Positions 40,610 through 49,775 of a stretch of DNA of 64,000 nt are shown here, piece after piece (position 1 is the stretch's first letter; the number at the start of each line of letters is the position of its first letter). Origin of the DNA: a virus. The position numbers and the translations under genes are program-made. The notes beneath the pieces were generated by a model that was given only the letters and a program-made list of their open reading frames with translations, had not been told where the DNA came from and made no database searches. Where the stretch lies: IMG/VR virus record IMGVR_UViG_3300042691_032761, one strand, 5' to 3'.

Positions 40610-41008
40610 TTATTTATCTTTGATCCAAAACACAAAATCATTTACCTCATCATCAAATGCCATCTCAACCAATCCCTTGTTGACTAGCCCGTTCAAAATA
40701 TTACTAGTCATTCTGTCTCCTAAAGCAAGAAGTATTTCTTCAAATATTTTATCATTAATTATGTATGATATTTTTTTTGTCTTTTTATTTTTTTCACTTT
40801 TTGCTAACGATTTTATTATTAATTCTGACTCCGAATAAGACAAGACTCTATCCAGTTCTTCTTGTTCTTCTTGCGAAAGTTTGGCATATAGTTCTTCTGT
40901 ATTATGGTTATTTTTACCAAAATTATTGAATAGCATTAATCGGGTAGAATTAATAAAACCATCTAGATCTTTTACTTTGTACCAGTTATCATCATTTATA
41001 GAACTCAT
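40610..41008 (-). CDS. hypothetical protein
   Basis: C-terminal LVNKGLVEMAFDDEVNDFVFW. Confidence 0.6.
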   Translation of the reverse strand: MSSINDDNWYKVKDLDGFINSTRLMLFNNFGKNNHNTEELYAKLSQEEQEELDRVLSYSESELIIKSLAKSEKNKKTKKISYIINDKIFEEILLALGDRMTSNILNGLVNKGLVEMAFDDEVNDFVFWIKDK

Positions 41009-41016
41009 AGTATTTC

Positions 41017-41385
41017 CTAATTAAGTATTTCGTACAATCCCTTATAATAATTTGGTTGAGATAAAAAATGCCCAGCATGACTTTGTAAATGTTTGACATA
41101 TTCGCTCGCTAGTTTGTCTTGTATAAAGTGTTTCTTTTTCCACACTCCTTCATTCCAATAGTTGTTCCCCAAGTATAGGGAGGTTTTATCCTCCGCTATA
41201 CTGGAGAGCCAACTACTCACAGGTAACGAAATCGGCTTGAATCCTTCTGGTAACAATGGCGTCTCATAGGATTCTGACAGTTTTTTAATCAGACTATCCA
41301 TATATTTCTGTATCCAATCAGTATCTATCTGAAAATAGAATTTGTATGGATCATCGTTGTATTCTGGATCATCTGGATTATTCAT
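41017..41385 (-). CDS. hypothetical protein
   Basis: ORF in operon; start uncertain. Confidence 0.55.
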   Translation of the reverse strand: MNNPDDPEYNDDPYKFYFQIDTDWIQKYMDSLIKKLSESYETPLLPEGFKPISLPVSSWLSSIAEDKTSLYLGNNYWNEGVWKKKHFIQDKLASEYVKHLQSHAGHFLSQPNYYKGLYEILN

Positions 41386-41387
41386 TT

Positions 41388-42605
41388 TCAGCCTACACAA
41401 AACTTGTCGCTAATCTGATTTGCCAAGTCTCTGGCAGCACCAGAAAGGAATCGGTTGTTGCTGAAATACAACGCTGTGGACGCTTGGTTGAGGTACTCGA
41501 CCACCGTTTTTAAAAGTTTGGCTTGCTCCCCAGTGAGAACTAAACCAGCACCAGCGGGACCACCAAGATCATCCGTACCAGTGTGGTTAACTGGCATAGG
41601 ATCACCATAAGACTTCTCGTACTTGTTATTATAAGCCTTAGATAGATCCTGATTGTAAGAATCTGGAACATTATCGTAAGATGCCCAAGCACTACTCTTA
41701 AAATTATCTAATGAACTCTTGCTATTCTTTTGACCACAATAATCAGCACTACTGTTAGTATAAACAGCCTTCTGGTCATTGAGTGTATTCAGAATCTTTT
41801 GGGCAGCATCAACACTCACAGGAAGTCCAGTAGAGTCAGAATTCTTGTAGGTTTTCCTCCACTGTTCAAACCAAGCATCACTAGTAGCATTAGGAACAAT
41901 AGTTACTGTTGCTGGCTGACCATTTAATGCAGAGATTAGCTCCTTCACATTAATTCTATGACCAGTTGAGCCGGTCAGAATACTGGTAAAGTAAGGAGCC
42001 TTCTTCTCCCAGCACTTACGCCACCAAGTATAAGGAACTCGGTAAATCTGGTTGATCTTGATGGCTCGTGCATCTCCACCAAAGTAATTTACCAGTTTCT
42101 TTTGAATACCATTCCAATTGGTTTTATTAAGAAGAGTTCGACTCTCATCATCCAAAATCCAATACATCTGATAGCCATTACGAGTATCAACTACCCAACT
42201 TGGCTTAACAGTAAAGTTATTGATCTTATCAAGAGCAGACTGCTTAAACTTCATAACCTCTTTACTAGGTAGATAGTTTCCGCTGGAGTCTCGTCCAGCA
42301 TCAATATCCACAAAGCAACAACTGATTGTGTTAATAGCATACTGCTTGCGTCCACCATTAACATAGAAGTAAGCATCAGAGTTGCCATTCTCATTAGCAT
42401 CATGTACTTCATTTAGATTACTGGTATGCCTCATACTGCTAATCTTTCTACGAGGATCTCCATTGTAGCAAAAGATATGACCAGCATTTAGATTAAAAGA
42501 ATCTAGAAACTGCTTTTGAATTCGATTCCAAGAATTAGCATGACGCTTTCCGGTATTGCTGTTAGCCTTATCGTACGGATTAAAACCAAGTTCCATCTTA
42601 AACAT
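41388..42605 (-). CDS. RepB/AEP-type primase-like protein
   Basis: FVDIDAG, PSWVVDTRNGYQMYW, GGD...IYRVP. Confidence 0.65.
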   Translation of the reverse strand: MFKMELGFNPYDKANSNTGKRHANSWNRIQKQFLDSFNLNAGHIFCYNGDPRRKISSMRHTSNLNEVHDANENGNSDAYFYVNGGRKQYAINTISCCFVDIDAGRDSSGNYLPSKEVMKFKQSALDKINNFTVKPSWVVDTRNGYQMYWILDDESRTLLNKTNWNGIQKKLVNYFGGDARAIKINQIYRVPYTWWRKCWEKKAPYFTSILTGSTGHRINVKELISALNGQPATVTIVPNATSDAWFEQWRKTYKNSDSTGLPVSVDAAQKILNTLNDQKAVYTNSSADYCGQKNSKSSLDNFKSSAWASYDNVPDSYNQDLSKAYNNKYEKSYGDPMPVNHTGTDDLGGPAGAGLVLTGEQAKLLKTVVEYLNQASTALYFSNNRFLSGAARDLANQISDKFCVG

Positions 42606-42681
42606 ATTTCACCATTACCTGTAATTGTAAACAACCTCAAAAATAGCCGGGATAATAAACACTACTATCATGATCGGCAAA

Positions 42682-42766
42682 AGGGAGTTAGGGAATCGAA
42701 CCCTAAGAGATTCTGATGATCTTTAACAAGACAATCCTTGAATCTGCTAGTCCCAGACTACTCCAT
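42682..42766 (-). ncRNA. tRNA-like structured RNA (non-canonical)
   Basis: TTAGGG-TTCGATT-CCCTAA T-arm, GGAG/CTCC closing stem, TAGTC/GACTA arm, extended AGATTC/GAATCT arm. Confidence 0.55.
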
Positions 42767-42773
42767 TAATTAA

Positions 42774-43658
42774 TCACCCAGGATAAGAGTTGTCGTACTC
42801 GTCATCCTCATCTTCATCATCGGCATAGTATTCTTCGTCAATATCTTCTTCCTCATCATTCCAGCCCCAATCATAATCACGATCATACTCATCCTCATCT
42901 CCGTCATTATAATCGTCATCAGCAAACGTGGCCGAATAAAGAGGCTTGAGAAGTTCGCCTTGATACTCTCCGACTACTTCATATCGGCAAGTGCGAAGTT
43001 TCTCACAGTTACAATCACTAGGAACACTCACAACATCCTTGGGATTGATTTTAACAATCACAATTTTGTCGCCAGCCTCAAGACTACCATAACCGGCCAC
43101 ATAATTCAATGCACCAGCATGAAGCCCATTAGAACAACCCCTACCACGATCATCATCAACCTTTGATCGGGTCATTTCGCAAACCTTGCCAACATGATTG
43201 TCGAATGTACCACGATACTTATCCATATAATCTGCTCTGACTGCCTTATAGGCGAGGAAATGACCATCCTCAGTAATGGGCAGATGCTCATGCTCAAGGA
43301 AATCATAGAGTTCCTTTTGACTCTGCATACTAGGATTCTCCATGAGATTATTCAGGAAATTGACAAGAGGCTGAAATGGCAAACCCTTGCTCATAAATTC
43401 CAGAATTCTCTTGCTAATCGACCCATGCACAACCTCGCCCTCATAAGTTACCTGACCGTTCTTGATCTCAACAAGACCATCACTAAAAGCAGCAACAGCC
43501 TTTTCAACATCAACAATTTCCAGCAACTCATCAGCGGTTGCAGTTGGCAACCTTTCCAGAATCATCTTGTAGTTAATATGATCAGGAAGAACCTGATAAC
43601 TCTTATTATTCAGAACAACCGTGAGGTTGCCATCAACAAACATAAACGGAACGGCCAT
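42774..43658 (-). CDS. rIIB: rIIB-like protein
   Basis: LPITEDGHFLAYKAV, CSNGLHAG, VKINPKDVVSVP, LRTCRYEV; downstream of rIIA. Confidence 0.88.
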   Translation of the reverse strand: MAVPFMFVDGNLTVVLNNKSYQVLPDHINYKMILERLPTATADELLEIVDVEKAVAAFSDGLVEIKNGQVTYEGEVVHGSISKRILEFMSKGLPFQPLVNFLNNLMENPSMQSQKELYDFLEHEHLPITEDGHFLAYKAVRADYMDKYRGTFDNHVGKVCEMTRSKVDDDRGRGCSNGLHAGALNYVAGYGSLEAGDKIVIVKINPKDVVSVPSDCNCEKLRTCRYEVVGEYQGELLKPLYSATFADDDYNDGDEDEYDRDYDWGWNDEEEDIDEEYYADDEDEDDEYDNSYPG

Positions 43659-43694
43659 AATATAAACTCCTAATTACCTGTGAAAAATGTGAAA

Positions 43695-46364
43695 TTACTT
43701 AATGAGACTACTCAACTGAATCTTAAACAAATCGACCATATCATCACTCATCTTACAAGCCCAATCGTTACTTCTATTGTAACTGTCAGTGGAATTGGTG
43801 ATAGGATTCTTTGAGGTCAAATTCCTAATCCCCGACTTTACACTGACGGTTCCCATAATATACTTGAGCATCGGGTTGTTGTCAACCTCTGCTTTCATAG
43901 TTTTTCTAAGTTCACTCGCTTTGGGCAAGTTATACTTGGTCTTATCATTTGATGCAATAAGATTCGTGTATTCTTTAGAATCGCTCTTTAGATACAAACG
44001 ATTAACAATTGCATTAGTCAAATGAATATATGCCACATTGGTTTTCTTGATGTTTTCAGCATCAACACTATCAATACCAATCCCATTAAGTAGACCATTG
44101 ATATGAGCATAATAGTCAGCCATCTTGAATCCATTAATATCATACTTGTGTCTATGCACAGTATCGCTAAAGAATTCCATGATCAAATAGTTGTCAACGA
44201 CCTTGACTAGTTTATCGTTCTTCATAAACTTACCATAATCAAGACCAAAGAAGTTAAGAGCATGAAAACAGAACTGACCAAGAACATCTCCGTAGTTGTT
44301 CCAGTAATAACGATCAGTGTTATCCCTATCGCTAAATTCATTCTTGCAAAATTCTACAACATCGTTGAAGCAAGAAACCTTTTTAAAGTGGTCTTTTGCA
44401 ATAGTCTTTAGTTTATTCTTAAAGAAGGTGTTGAATGGAATCATAGTATGATCACCATTTTCAACCATCTTCTTTGCAATGCTACTCTTAATAGCATAAA
44501 CCTTAGTCTTACCAAAGAGTTCCTTAACAATATCGGCTAGACTAGGCTCATTAAACATAAAATTGAGACTCTCAATATCCGGCAGACCTTCTCCCTCATT
44601 TACTGCATATCGAGTAATAGGAATGTAAACAATCTCGTCGCTATCATCAAAAGCCTCAAGTTCATCTGATGTAAGAGTCTTTAGATGCGGAGCATCATTA
44701 TACTCAACTGTGAGACTGCCGCTATCCTTAGAAGCACCATAAATAAAGAATACATCTTGATCGCTAACACTACCCTTGCTAGAACGAGTCCCAACTTTTC
44801 GTGGACTATTGCTCTTAATAAGATCCTTATAGTCAGAGACTTTCATGATCTTATCAGAACCAACGTCCGCAATAAGTTGATCAAATCCTTCGTCTGACTT
44901 TGATACGTCCTTAGTATCAACCATCAAATAAGCAAAACAATCGTTCTCATTGCAATAACGAGTCACAATCTTTTTAGCAGTTTCTTCGCTCTTAATATCG
45001 CAAACAAAGAAACTAAGCGGCCCAGTTTTGCGACCACTAGCACTCCAATAATATTCACCCTTACCAGTAAGAGTGTTGTGGTGAAGTTTATCTGTGAGAT
45101 AAACCATGCGACGAGAACGATAGCCAGCACTTCTATAGTTAAAAACATACAGACTCTTACCAGCAGAAATCTTATATTCCAGATCTTCTCCGCTGTTGAT
45201 ATTGTGTACCTTGCCCTGAGCATCCTTCCAAGATGCACCAACGCCCCAGCCACCAGCAAGATCATTCAACTGGTAATAAGTTGTGATTGCTTCGATCTTT
45301 GTTTTTGCAGCCTCAATCTTCTTGCTGAATTCTTCCTTCATCTCAAGATAAATACCCTGAGTCTTTTCACGCAGAGTCTTAATCACAGACTTTGTATACT
45401 GCAAACCTTCACGGGAAACATCCATCTCAAGTTCACCGATACCAAAGTCAAGTTCCAGATAAAGATTCTGGTTGAGAATTTCTGTGATGAAACTCTTCCA
45501 AGAATCAATATCTGCCTTACCAAAGGCACGATTCCACTTGGCAATATGATCTGGTTGCTCCGCTTTCTGCTCTCCCACAAGTTGAGGAGCATTAACAGGG
45601 TACGCAATATTGCCCATAAGAGCAATAATCCCGCTATCAATCTTGTGATAAACGCTAGGATAATGATTGGTATCATTAGACAAACGACAAACTCTCCAGC
45701 CATCACCGCTGATAATAATATTCTTGTTGCTATAAGCATGATCCTTGAGACTAGGAATAACACCCCCCTCAATAATCGGCTTCATCTTAAAGTAATGGAA
45801 AATGCGAATAGCCTTCTGACTAAACTCAGAGAAATCGTACTGCTTAACAGCAAAACTAATCTCAAGACCATTAGGCTCATCTGTTTCACAAGAATTGAAC
45901 AGATTAAGAGTAGGCACACCATTATCGTCAATAGCGGCGATATAGGTATACTTCATACCGTTGTAATAAGAACTGGTGGTAAAACTCTTGGTATAAGCAA
46001 ATGGACTCTTACTACCAAGACCAAGACAACCCACAAAATCGTTGCTATCATTTTTGTTACTAGCACCGTAGGTTGTATACAGGTTCTCCATATCAGTCTG
46101 ACTAAGACCAGTACCATAATCACGCACCGCAAAATTAGGATTAGCAGCGGTTGGCAACGTCACCTTAAACGGATTTTTATTACCAGCACTAACATGACTG
46201 TCATAAGCATTAGTAGACAGTTCACGAATAACCGCCATTACCTTATCGGAATAAAGAGAATCCGAAAGGATCTTAAACATTTTGCTGGTTTGTGCGATTG
46301 TGAATCCTGACGCACTTTGAACACCAGCACTATGAGTCTCAATAACACGATCTGCCAACTTCAT
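43695..46364 (-). CDS. rIIA: rIIA-like protein (N-terminal GHKL ATPase)
   Basis: LYSDKVMAVIRELSTNAYD, VRDYGTGL, GLGSKSPFAY, SREGL. Confidence 0.88.
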   Translation of the reverse strand: MKLADRVIETHSAGVQSASGFTIAQTSKMFKILSDSLYSDKVMAVIRELSTNAYDSHVSAGNKNPFKVTLPTAANPNFAVRDYGTGLSQTDMENLYTTYGASNKNDSNDFVGCLGLGSKSPFAYTKSFTTSSYYNGMKYTYIAAIDDNGVPTLNLFNSCETDEPNGLEISFAVKQYDFSEFSQKAIRIFHYFKMKPIIEGGVIPSLKDHAYSNKNIIISGDGWRVCRLSNDTNHYPSVYHKIDSGIIALMGNIAYPVNAPQLVGEQKAEQPDHIAKWNRAFGKADIDSWKSFITEILNQNLYLELDFGIGELEMDVSREGLQYTKSVIKTLREKTQGIYLEMKEEFSKKIEAAKTKIEAITTYYQLNDLAGGWGVGASWKDAQGKVHNINSGEDLEYKISAGKSLYVFNYRSAGYRSRRMVYLTDKLHHNTLTGKGEYYWSASGRKTGPLSFFVCDIKSEETAKKIVTRYCNENDCFAYLMVDTKDVSKSDEGFDQLIADVGSDKIMKVSDYKDLIKSNSPRKVGTRSSKGSVSDQDVFFIYGASKDSGSLTVEYNDAPHLKTLTSDELEAFDDSDEIVYIPITRYAVNEGEGLPDIESLNFMFNEPSLADIVKELFGKTKVYAIKSSIAKKMVENGDHTMIPFNTFFKNKLKTIAKDHFKKVSCFNDVVEFCKNEFSDRDNTDRYYWNNYGDVLGQFCFHALNFFGLDYGKFMKNDKLVKVVDNYLIMEFFSDTVHRHKYDINGFKMADYYAHINGLLNGIGIDSVDAENIKKTNVAYIHLTNAIVNRLYLKSDSKEYTNLIASNDKTKYNLPKASELRKTMKAEVDNNPMLKYIMGTVSVKSGIRNLTSKNPITNSTDSYNRSNDWACKMSDDMVDLFKIQLSSLIK

Positions 46365-46408
46365 CTTATGTCTCCAAATTTCCTGTGAATCGTTCCTGTG
46401 ATAGTCCC

Positions 46409-46436
46409 ATCATACCATACGTTATCGGCTTGTCAA
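46409..46436 (-). promoter_or_regulatory. sigma70-type promoter with CGAT box
   Basis: TTGACA-AGCCGATAACGTATGG-TATGAT. Confidence 0.75.
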
Positions 46437-46437
46437 C

Positions 46438-46674
46438 TCACGTTTCTTTAGATTTGATCGCAACCCATCCTAAATATGCTGTAAGCAAGCCAAAAATTTT
46501 GAGTACGTTTACAGGAAGAAAAAACCAATATATTCCTATAAAAATACTTGCTAATCCCATTATCCATATAATAAAACGTGGAATAAATCTAGATTTACTT
46601 AATAACCAAGTTGCTGGCCCAAGTAGCACCACAAATAAAAACATTAGCGATACTAATAGTGCTAAACTAGCCAT
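46438..46674 (-). CDS. small multi-TM membrane protein
   Basis: 3 hydrophobic segments. Confidence 0.6.
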   Translation of the reverse strand: MASLALLVSLMFLFVVLLGPATWLLSKSRFIPRFIIWIMGLASIFIGIYWFFLPVNVLKIFGLLTAYLGWVAIKSKET

Positions 46675-47006
46675 TAATAATCTTCTTTATCATTATCTTC
46701 GTCATCATCATATTTGTAGTATTCCTCATAGTGAGAATCTGTCCCGTAAGGATTCCAAGAGTCCTCATTATCTTCATCGGAATCTAATTCTCCTTGATCT
46801 TCTACTTCTTCCAGAAAAATGGATATTGTATTTAAAATATCAAACATTTTATTTACGGTATCATCAATATGATAAATTTTTTCTTCAATATTTTTGATTG
46901 ACTTTTTAATTCCAGATATATCTTTTGATATACCTATGTCTGTATTATGAAGAGTTTGGTGATTTTTTGTGATTTGTTTAATTATATCTTCATAAGAATC
47001 AGACAT
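46674..47006 (-). CDS. coiled-coil/acidic hypothetical protein
   Basis: AGGAG SD; GGTGTA element upstream. Confidence 0.6.
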   Translation of the reverse strand: MSDSYEDIIKQITKNHQTLHNTDIGISKDISGIKKSIKNIEEKIYHIDDTVNKMFDILNTISIFLEEVEDQGELDSDEDNEDSWNPYGTDSHYEEYYKYDDDEDNDKEDY

Positions 47007-47039
47007 AAAGTTCTCCTTTTAATAATCTATATTACACCA

Positions 47040-47573
47040 CTACCCACATCTACATTGGTATTTATTACAATAGTTGCATTTTGGGCCTGGGCTATTAAAT
47101 CCCCAAGCATTAGCATCTCTATTAAAACTCTCAGATCCAGTATCAATACAAACCAGTTTGGCCTTATTATTTCGTTTAATGTATCCCATGTTGTAGTAAT
47201 GGCAATCCCAAAATTTTAGTTTGGTTTTCTTCTCAATAGATTGCACAAGAGATTGTATTTCTTTTAGTCTTTTCTTCATTACTGTTTCATCAGCAATTCT
47301 GGCTCGTTCTGTAACATATCCCCAGTTAGTTTGATCTGGATATGTATAGTCTCCATAGCCTCCCACCGTTACTACTATTTCAAGTTTGCAAATTTTACCA
47401 TAAACTTTAGGGGCAAGACCAAATTTGCTCAATAATTTTTGCTTGTTGTAAGCATTGGTCGCTGATTTTTTACTACGAAATTGCTTAAATCCAAGATTTT
47501 TATTTTCTTTGATGTTGTAGAATTCCGCACTACCACCCTCATCAAACCTATTAAGATCAATTGTGTATTTCAT
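47040..47573 (-). CDS. protein-kinase-like fold enzyme
   Basis: EGGSAEFY, GFK, GLAPKVY, WDCHYYNMG, CIDTG. Confidence 0.7.
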   Translation of the reverse strand: MKYTIDLNRFDEGGSAEFYNIKENKNLGFKQFRSKKSATNAYNKQKLLSKFGLAPKVYGKICKLEIVVTVGGYGDYTYPDQTNWGYVTERARIADETVMKKRLKEIQSLVQSIEKKTKLKFWDCHYYNMGYIKRNNKAKLVCIDTGSESFNRDANAWGFNSPGPKCNYCNKYQCRCG

Positions 47574-47889
47574 CTTCCTTAACCTTATTACCACTCAATT
47601 GTTCAACAATATAAACTGCTACTTTTAAATCTGGGGTTTCAAATATTTTAATCGGACCTCTTGGTATATCCATCTTAAATGTTGCATAAACAGCGTAGTA
47701 CGTTTCGTTTAATCCTAAACCATCCACATTAAAGTATTCCTCTAGAGAATTTACTTCTTCTGGAATCGTTCCGCCATTATAGTCACTAATATCTCGCAGA
47801 GTATAAATATGATAATGAAGAATATTAGATCGTTTATTACCTTCATTAGAACACCATCCCTTAAAATATTTATTTGGATAACTTACCAT
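47557..47889 (-). CDS. hypothetical protein
   Basis: 110-aa ORF. Confidence 0.55.
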   Translation of the reverse strand: MVSYPNKYFKGWCSNEGNKRSNILHYHIYTLRDISDYNGGTIPEEVNSLEEYFNVDGLGLNETYYAVYATFKMDIPRGPIKIFETPDLKVAVYIVEQLSGNKVKEDEIHN

Positions 47890-48415
47890 ATTTTTCTTTA
47901 AACTCCTTTTCGTTTCGATACAAAGGAATCAGAGCATCTTGATTAGCGAACTGATTATAAATCATTGTGAGATTAAACATATCTCCTCTATCATTAATAG
48001 TTGCCCAAGCAATATTTTTATATTCTGAATTACTGTTAATTTCTTTCGAGTGATTTTCTAAATATTCTATGGCTCTTTTCATTCTAGGAATATCTTCGTT
48101 AAAGTTTCCTATCGCTCTATTACAGTTATGGCATAAATGTCCTCTAAAAATATCAGAAGCATGATTGTGATCTGCTGTCCATACGGTTTTTGATCGTCCC
48201 CCTATTCCCTCAAGGTCTGTTTTATTTTTTAAACAAACTGGGCAGATATAATCTTCTGTGGGTTGACCATGTAACTCTCTAATTTGTTTTCTCTTCTTAT
48301 TAAGCATATTATTACATTTCTTACATTCTGGTCTTTTATAGTTACCTCCACCAGAAGGAGAAAAGAAAGACAAATCTAATACTTGATGACATTTATTACA
48401 CTTTTTTGTAGACAT
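47870..48415 (-). CDS. endonuclease VII-like homing-type nuclease
   Basis: CNKC..CKKC, CPVC, ADHNH, RGHLCHNCNRAIG. Confidence 0.82.
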   Translation of the reverse strand: MSTKKCNKCHQVLDLSFFSPSGGGNYKRPECKKCNNMLNKKRKQIRELHGQPTEDYICPVCLKNKTDLEGIGGRSKTVWTADHNHASDIFRGHLCHNCNRAIGNFNEDIPRMKRAIEYLENHSKEINSNSEYKNIAWATINDRGDMFNLTMIYNQFANQDALIPLYRNEKEFKEKYGKLSK

Positions 48416-48430
48416 TGTTTACCTTTCTAA

Positions 48431-48503
48431 TAGGAGTGGTGGGAGTCGAACCCACACTGTATGGATTTTAAGTCCACTGTCTCTGCCATTGGACTACACT
48501 CCC
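48431..48503 (-). tRNA. tRNA-Leu(TAA), short variable arm, no encoded CCA
   Basis: GGGAGTG/CACTCCT acceptor, GTGGA-CTTAAAA-TCCAT anticodon arm, GTGGG-TTCGACT-CCCAC T-arm. Confidence 0.9.
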
Positions 48504-48505
48504 AT

Positions 48506-48589
48506 ATGATAATCGACCACAACAATCAATGATTTGAGGTTGATTTTCTGTGTGCCTCTACCATTTAAACTGTTGTGATCGACTATCAT
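48506..48589 (-). ncRNA. long imperfect hairpin RNA of unknown function
   Basis: ATGATAGTCGATCACAACA / TGTTGTGGTCGATTATCAT, 19 bp with 2 G-U pairs; inner AATGGT/ATCATT and GAGG/CCTC stems. Confidence 0.55.
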
Positions 48590-48600
48590 TGGTTTAAAAA

Positions 48601-48882
48601 TCAGCCGTTAGCATGAGCCTTGATTCGACGAACAACCTCTGCCATAGCCTCTACATTATCAACCGTCTTGGTTGGCTTCGCACGTTCCATAGAGGGAAGA
48701 TCAATACCCTTGGCCTTTAGTGCTTCTTTGGTACGAGCATAACGAGCCATCGTACTAGCAACCTTTTGACCAGTCTTTGACGCAATCTCAGCATACGTCT
48801 TAGACGAATAAACAGCCTCAAGAAACTGCTCGTCGCTGCAACGAACACGGGTCTGCTTCTCAACAACATTAACTTCAGCCAT
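48601..48882 (-). CDS. small HTH-like protein
   Basis: SKTYAEIASKTGQKVASTMARY; GGAGG SD; own promoter. Confidence 0.6.
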   Translation of the reverse strand: MAEVNVVEKQTRVRCSDEQFLEAVYSSKTYAEIASKTGQKVASTMARYARTKEALKAKGIDLPSMERAKPTKTVDNVEAMAEVVRRIKAHANG

Positions 48883-48958
48883 AATCAACCTCCAAATCAT
48901 TTCCAATTTTATCTTTGCGAGTCAGTCGCTCGACTGATCCTCTCGCATCGACTACTTC

Positions 48959-48986
48959 ATTCTATCACACTGTATCGACTTGTCAA
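48959..48986 (-). promoter_or_regulatory. sigma70-type promoter with CGAT box
   Basis: TTGACA-AGTCGATACAGTGTGA-TAGAAT. Confidence 0.75.
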
Positions 48987-49007
48987 CACCACAGACTTGA
49001 ATTTTTC

Positions 49008-49709
49008 TCATTCAAGCACATAACTCCAATATCGACTATCTTCTTTATTCTGAAGAGCATCCCAATAGATAGATCGTGCAATATAAGAAGGAACTTTGAG
49101 TATTCCACAATTAACCATCCAATGACGCTCCATCTTCTTATAGGTAGTTGAACCGCTCTTACTCTTATTATACTTGAGATGTTCCATATCGTAAAGGCGA
49201 AGTTGATGAACATCTCCACACAATACTCGTGCCTCATTAGGATGAATCATTTCAAGAGCAAAACTAATTTTAGCCAACCCAATTCCACTAATCTTATTCA
49301 GAATACTATCACGCTTCTTAACATGACCCTTCTTAGATGTAAAATAAAAGTCTTTAGGATTAGCCCAAAACTTCTCACTAAAATCCCAGATATAATTGGT
49401 GCGATTGTTATGCAACCCGACGCCGCTCTTGTGAAGTTTATTCAGCAAAGTTTCCTTGCTGTCAATCCACTCGTTAAAATTCTTGATAGCATTATATCCG
49501 GCACAATTACCCTTCCAAGTAGTATGTACGCTGCAATAGGCAAAGAGATAGCGACGGAAAATATCCTCAACATTCTGAGGACGAACACTCTCCCAATATT
49601 GCTTGTATGAAACAACCTTGTCTTTGGGGAAGTTCTCAAAGAAAATATCTGCCTTGGTCTTGTCCAAAGTGGTATTCTGAACAGGAATAACTGTGTTCTC
49701 AACAATCAT
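49008..49709 (-). CDS. HhH-superfamily DNA glycosylase-like protein
   Basis: ISGIGLAKISF, CGDVH. Confidence 0.6.
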   Translation of the reverse strand: MIVENTVIPVQNTTLDKTKADIFFENFPKDKVVSYKQYWESVRPQNVEDIFRRYLFAYCSVHTTWKGNCAGYNAIKNFNEWIDSKETLLNKLHKSGVGLHNNRTNYIWDFSEKFWANPKDFYFTSKKGHVKKRDSILNKISGIGLAKISFALEMIHPNEARVLCGDVHQLRLYDMEHLKYNKSKSGSTTYKKMERHWMVNCGILKVPSYIARSIYWDALQNKEDSRYWSYVLE

Positions 49710-49744
49710 GGGTTTCTCCAAAAGTTTTCAAGTGTGATGCTACG

Positions 49745-49773
49745 ATTCTACACTACTTGTATCGTCTTGTCAA
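49745..49773 (-). promoter_or_regulatory. sigma70-type promoter with CGAT box
   Basis: TTGACA-AGACGATACAAGTAGTG-TAGAAT (17 bp). Confidence 0.75.
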
Positions 49774-49775
49774 GA

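Noticed and set aside
42682-42766. tRNA-Sec (TTCAA present)
   Set aside because: The TCA lies in or beside a stem, not in a 7-nt anticodon loop, and the acceptor stem is too short.
42774-42920. TCA/TCG-rich repeat-like tract
   Set aside because: It simply encodes the Asp/Glu-rich tail of rIIB.
45078-46310. 410-aa plus-strand ORF antisense to rIIA (also 14436-14945, 43194-43673, 49179-49610, 50849-51352)
   Set aside because: Each lies wholly opposite a well-supported gene and has no motifs or RBS. Codon bias of the sense gene explains these shadow ORFs.
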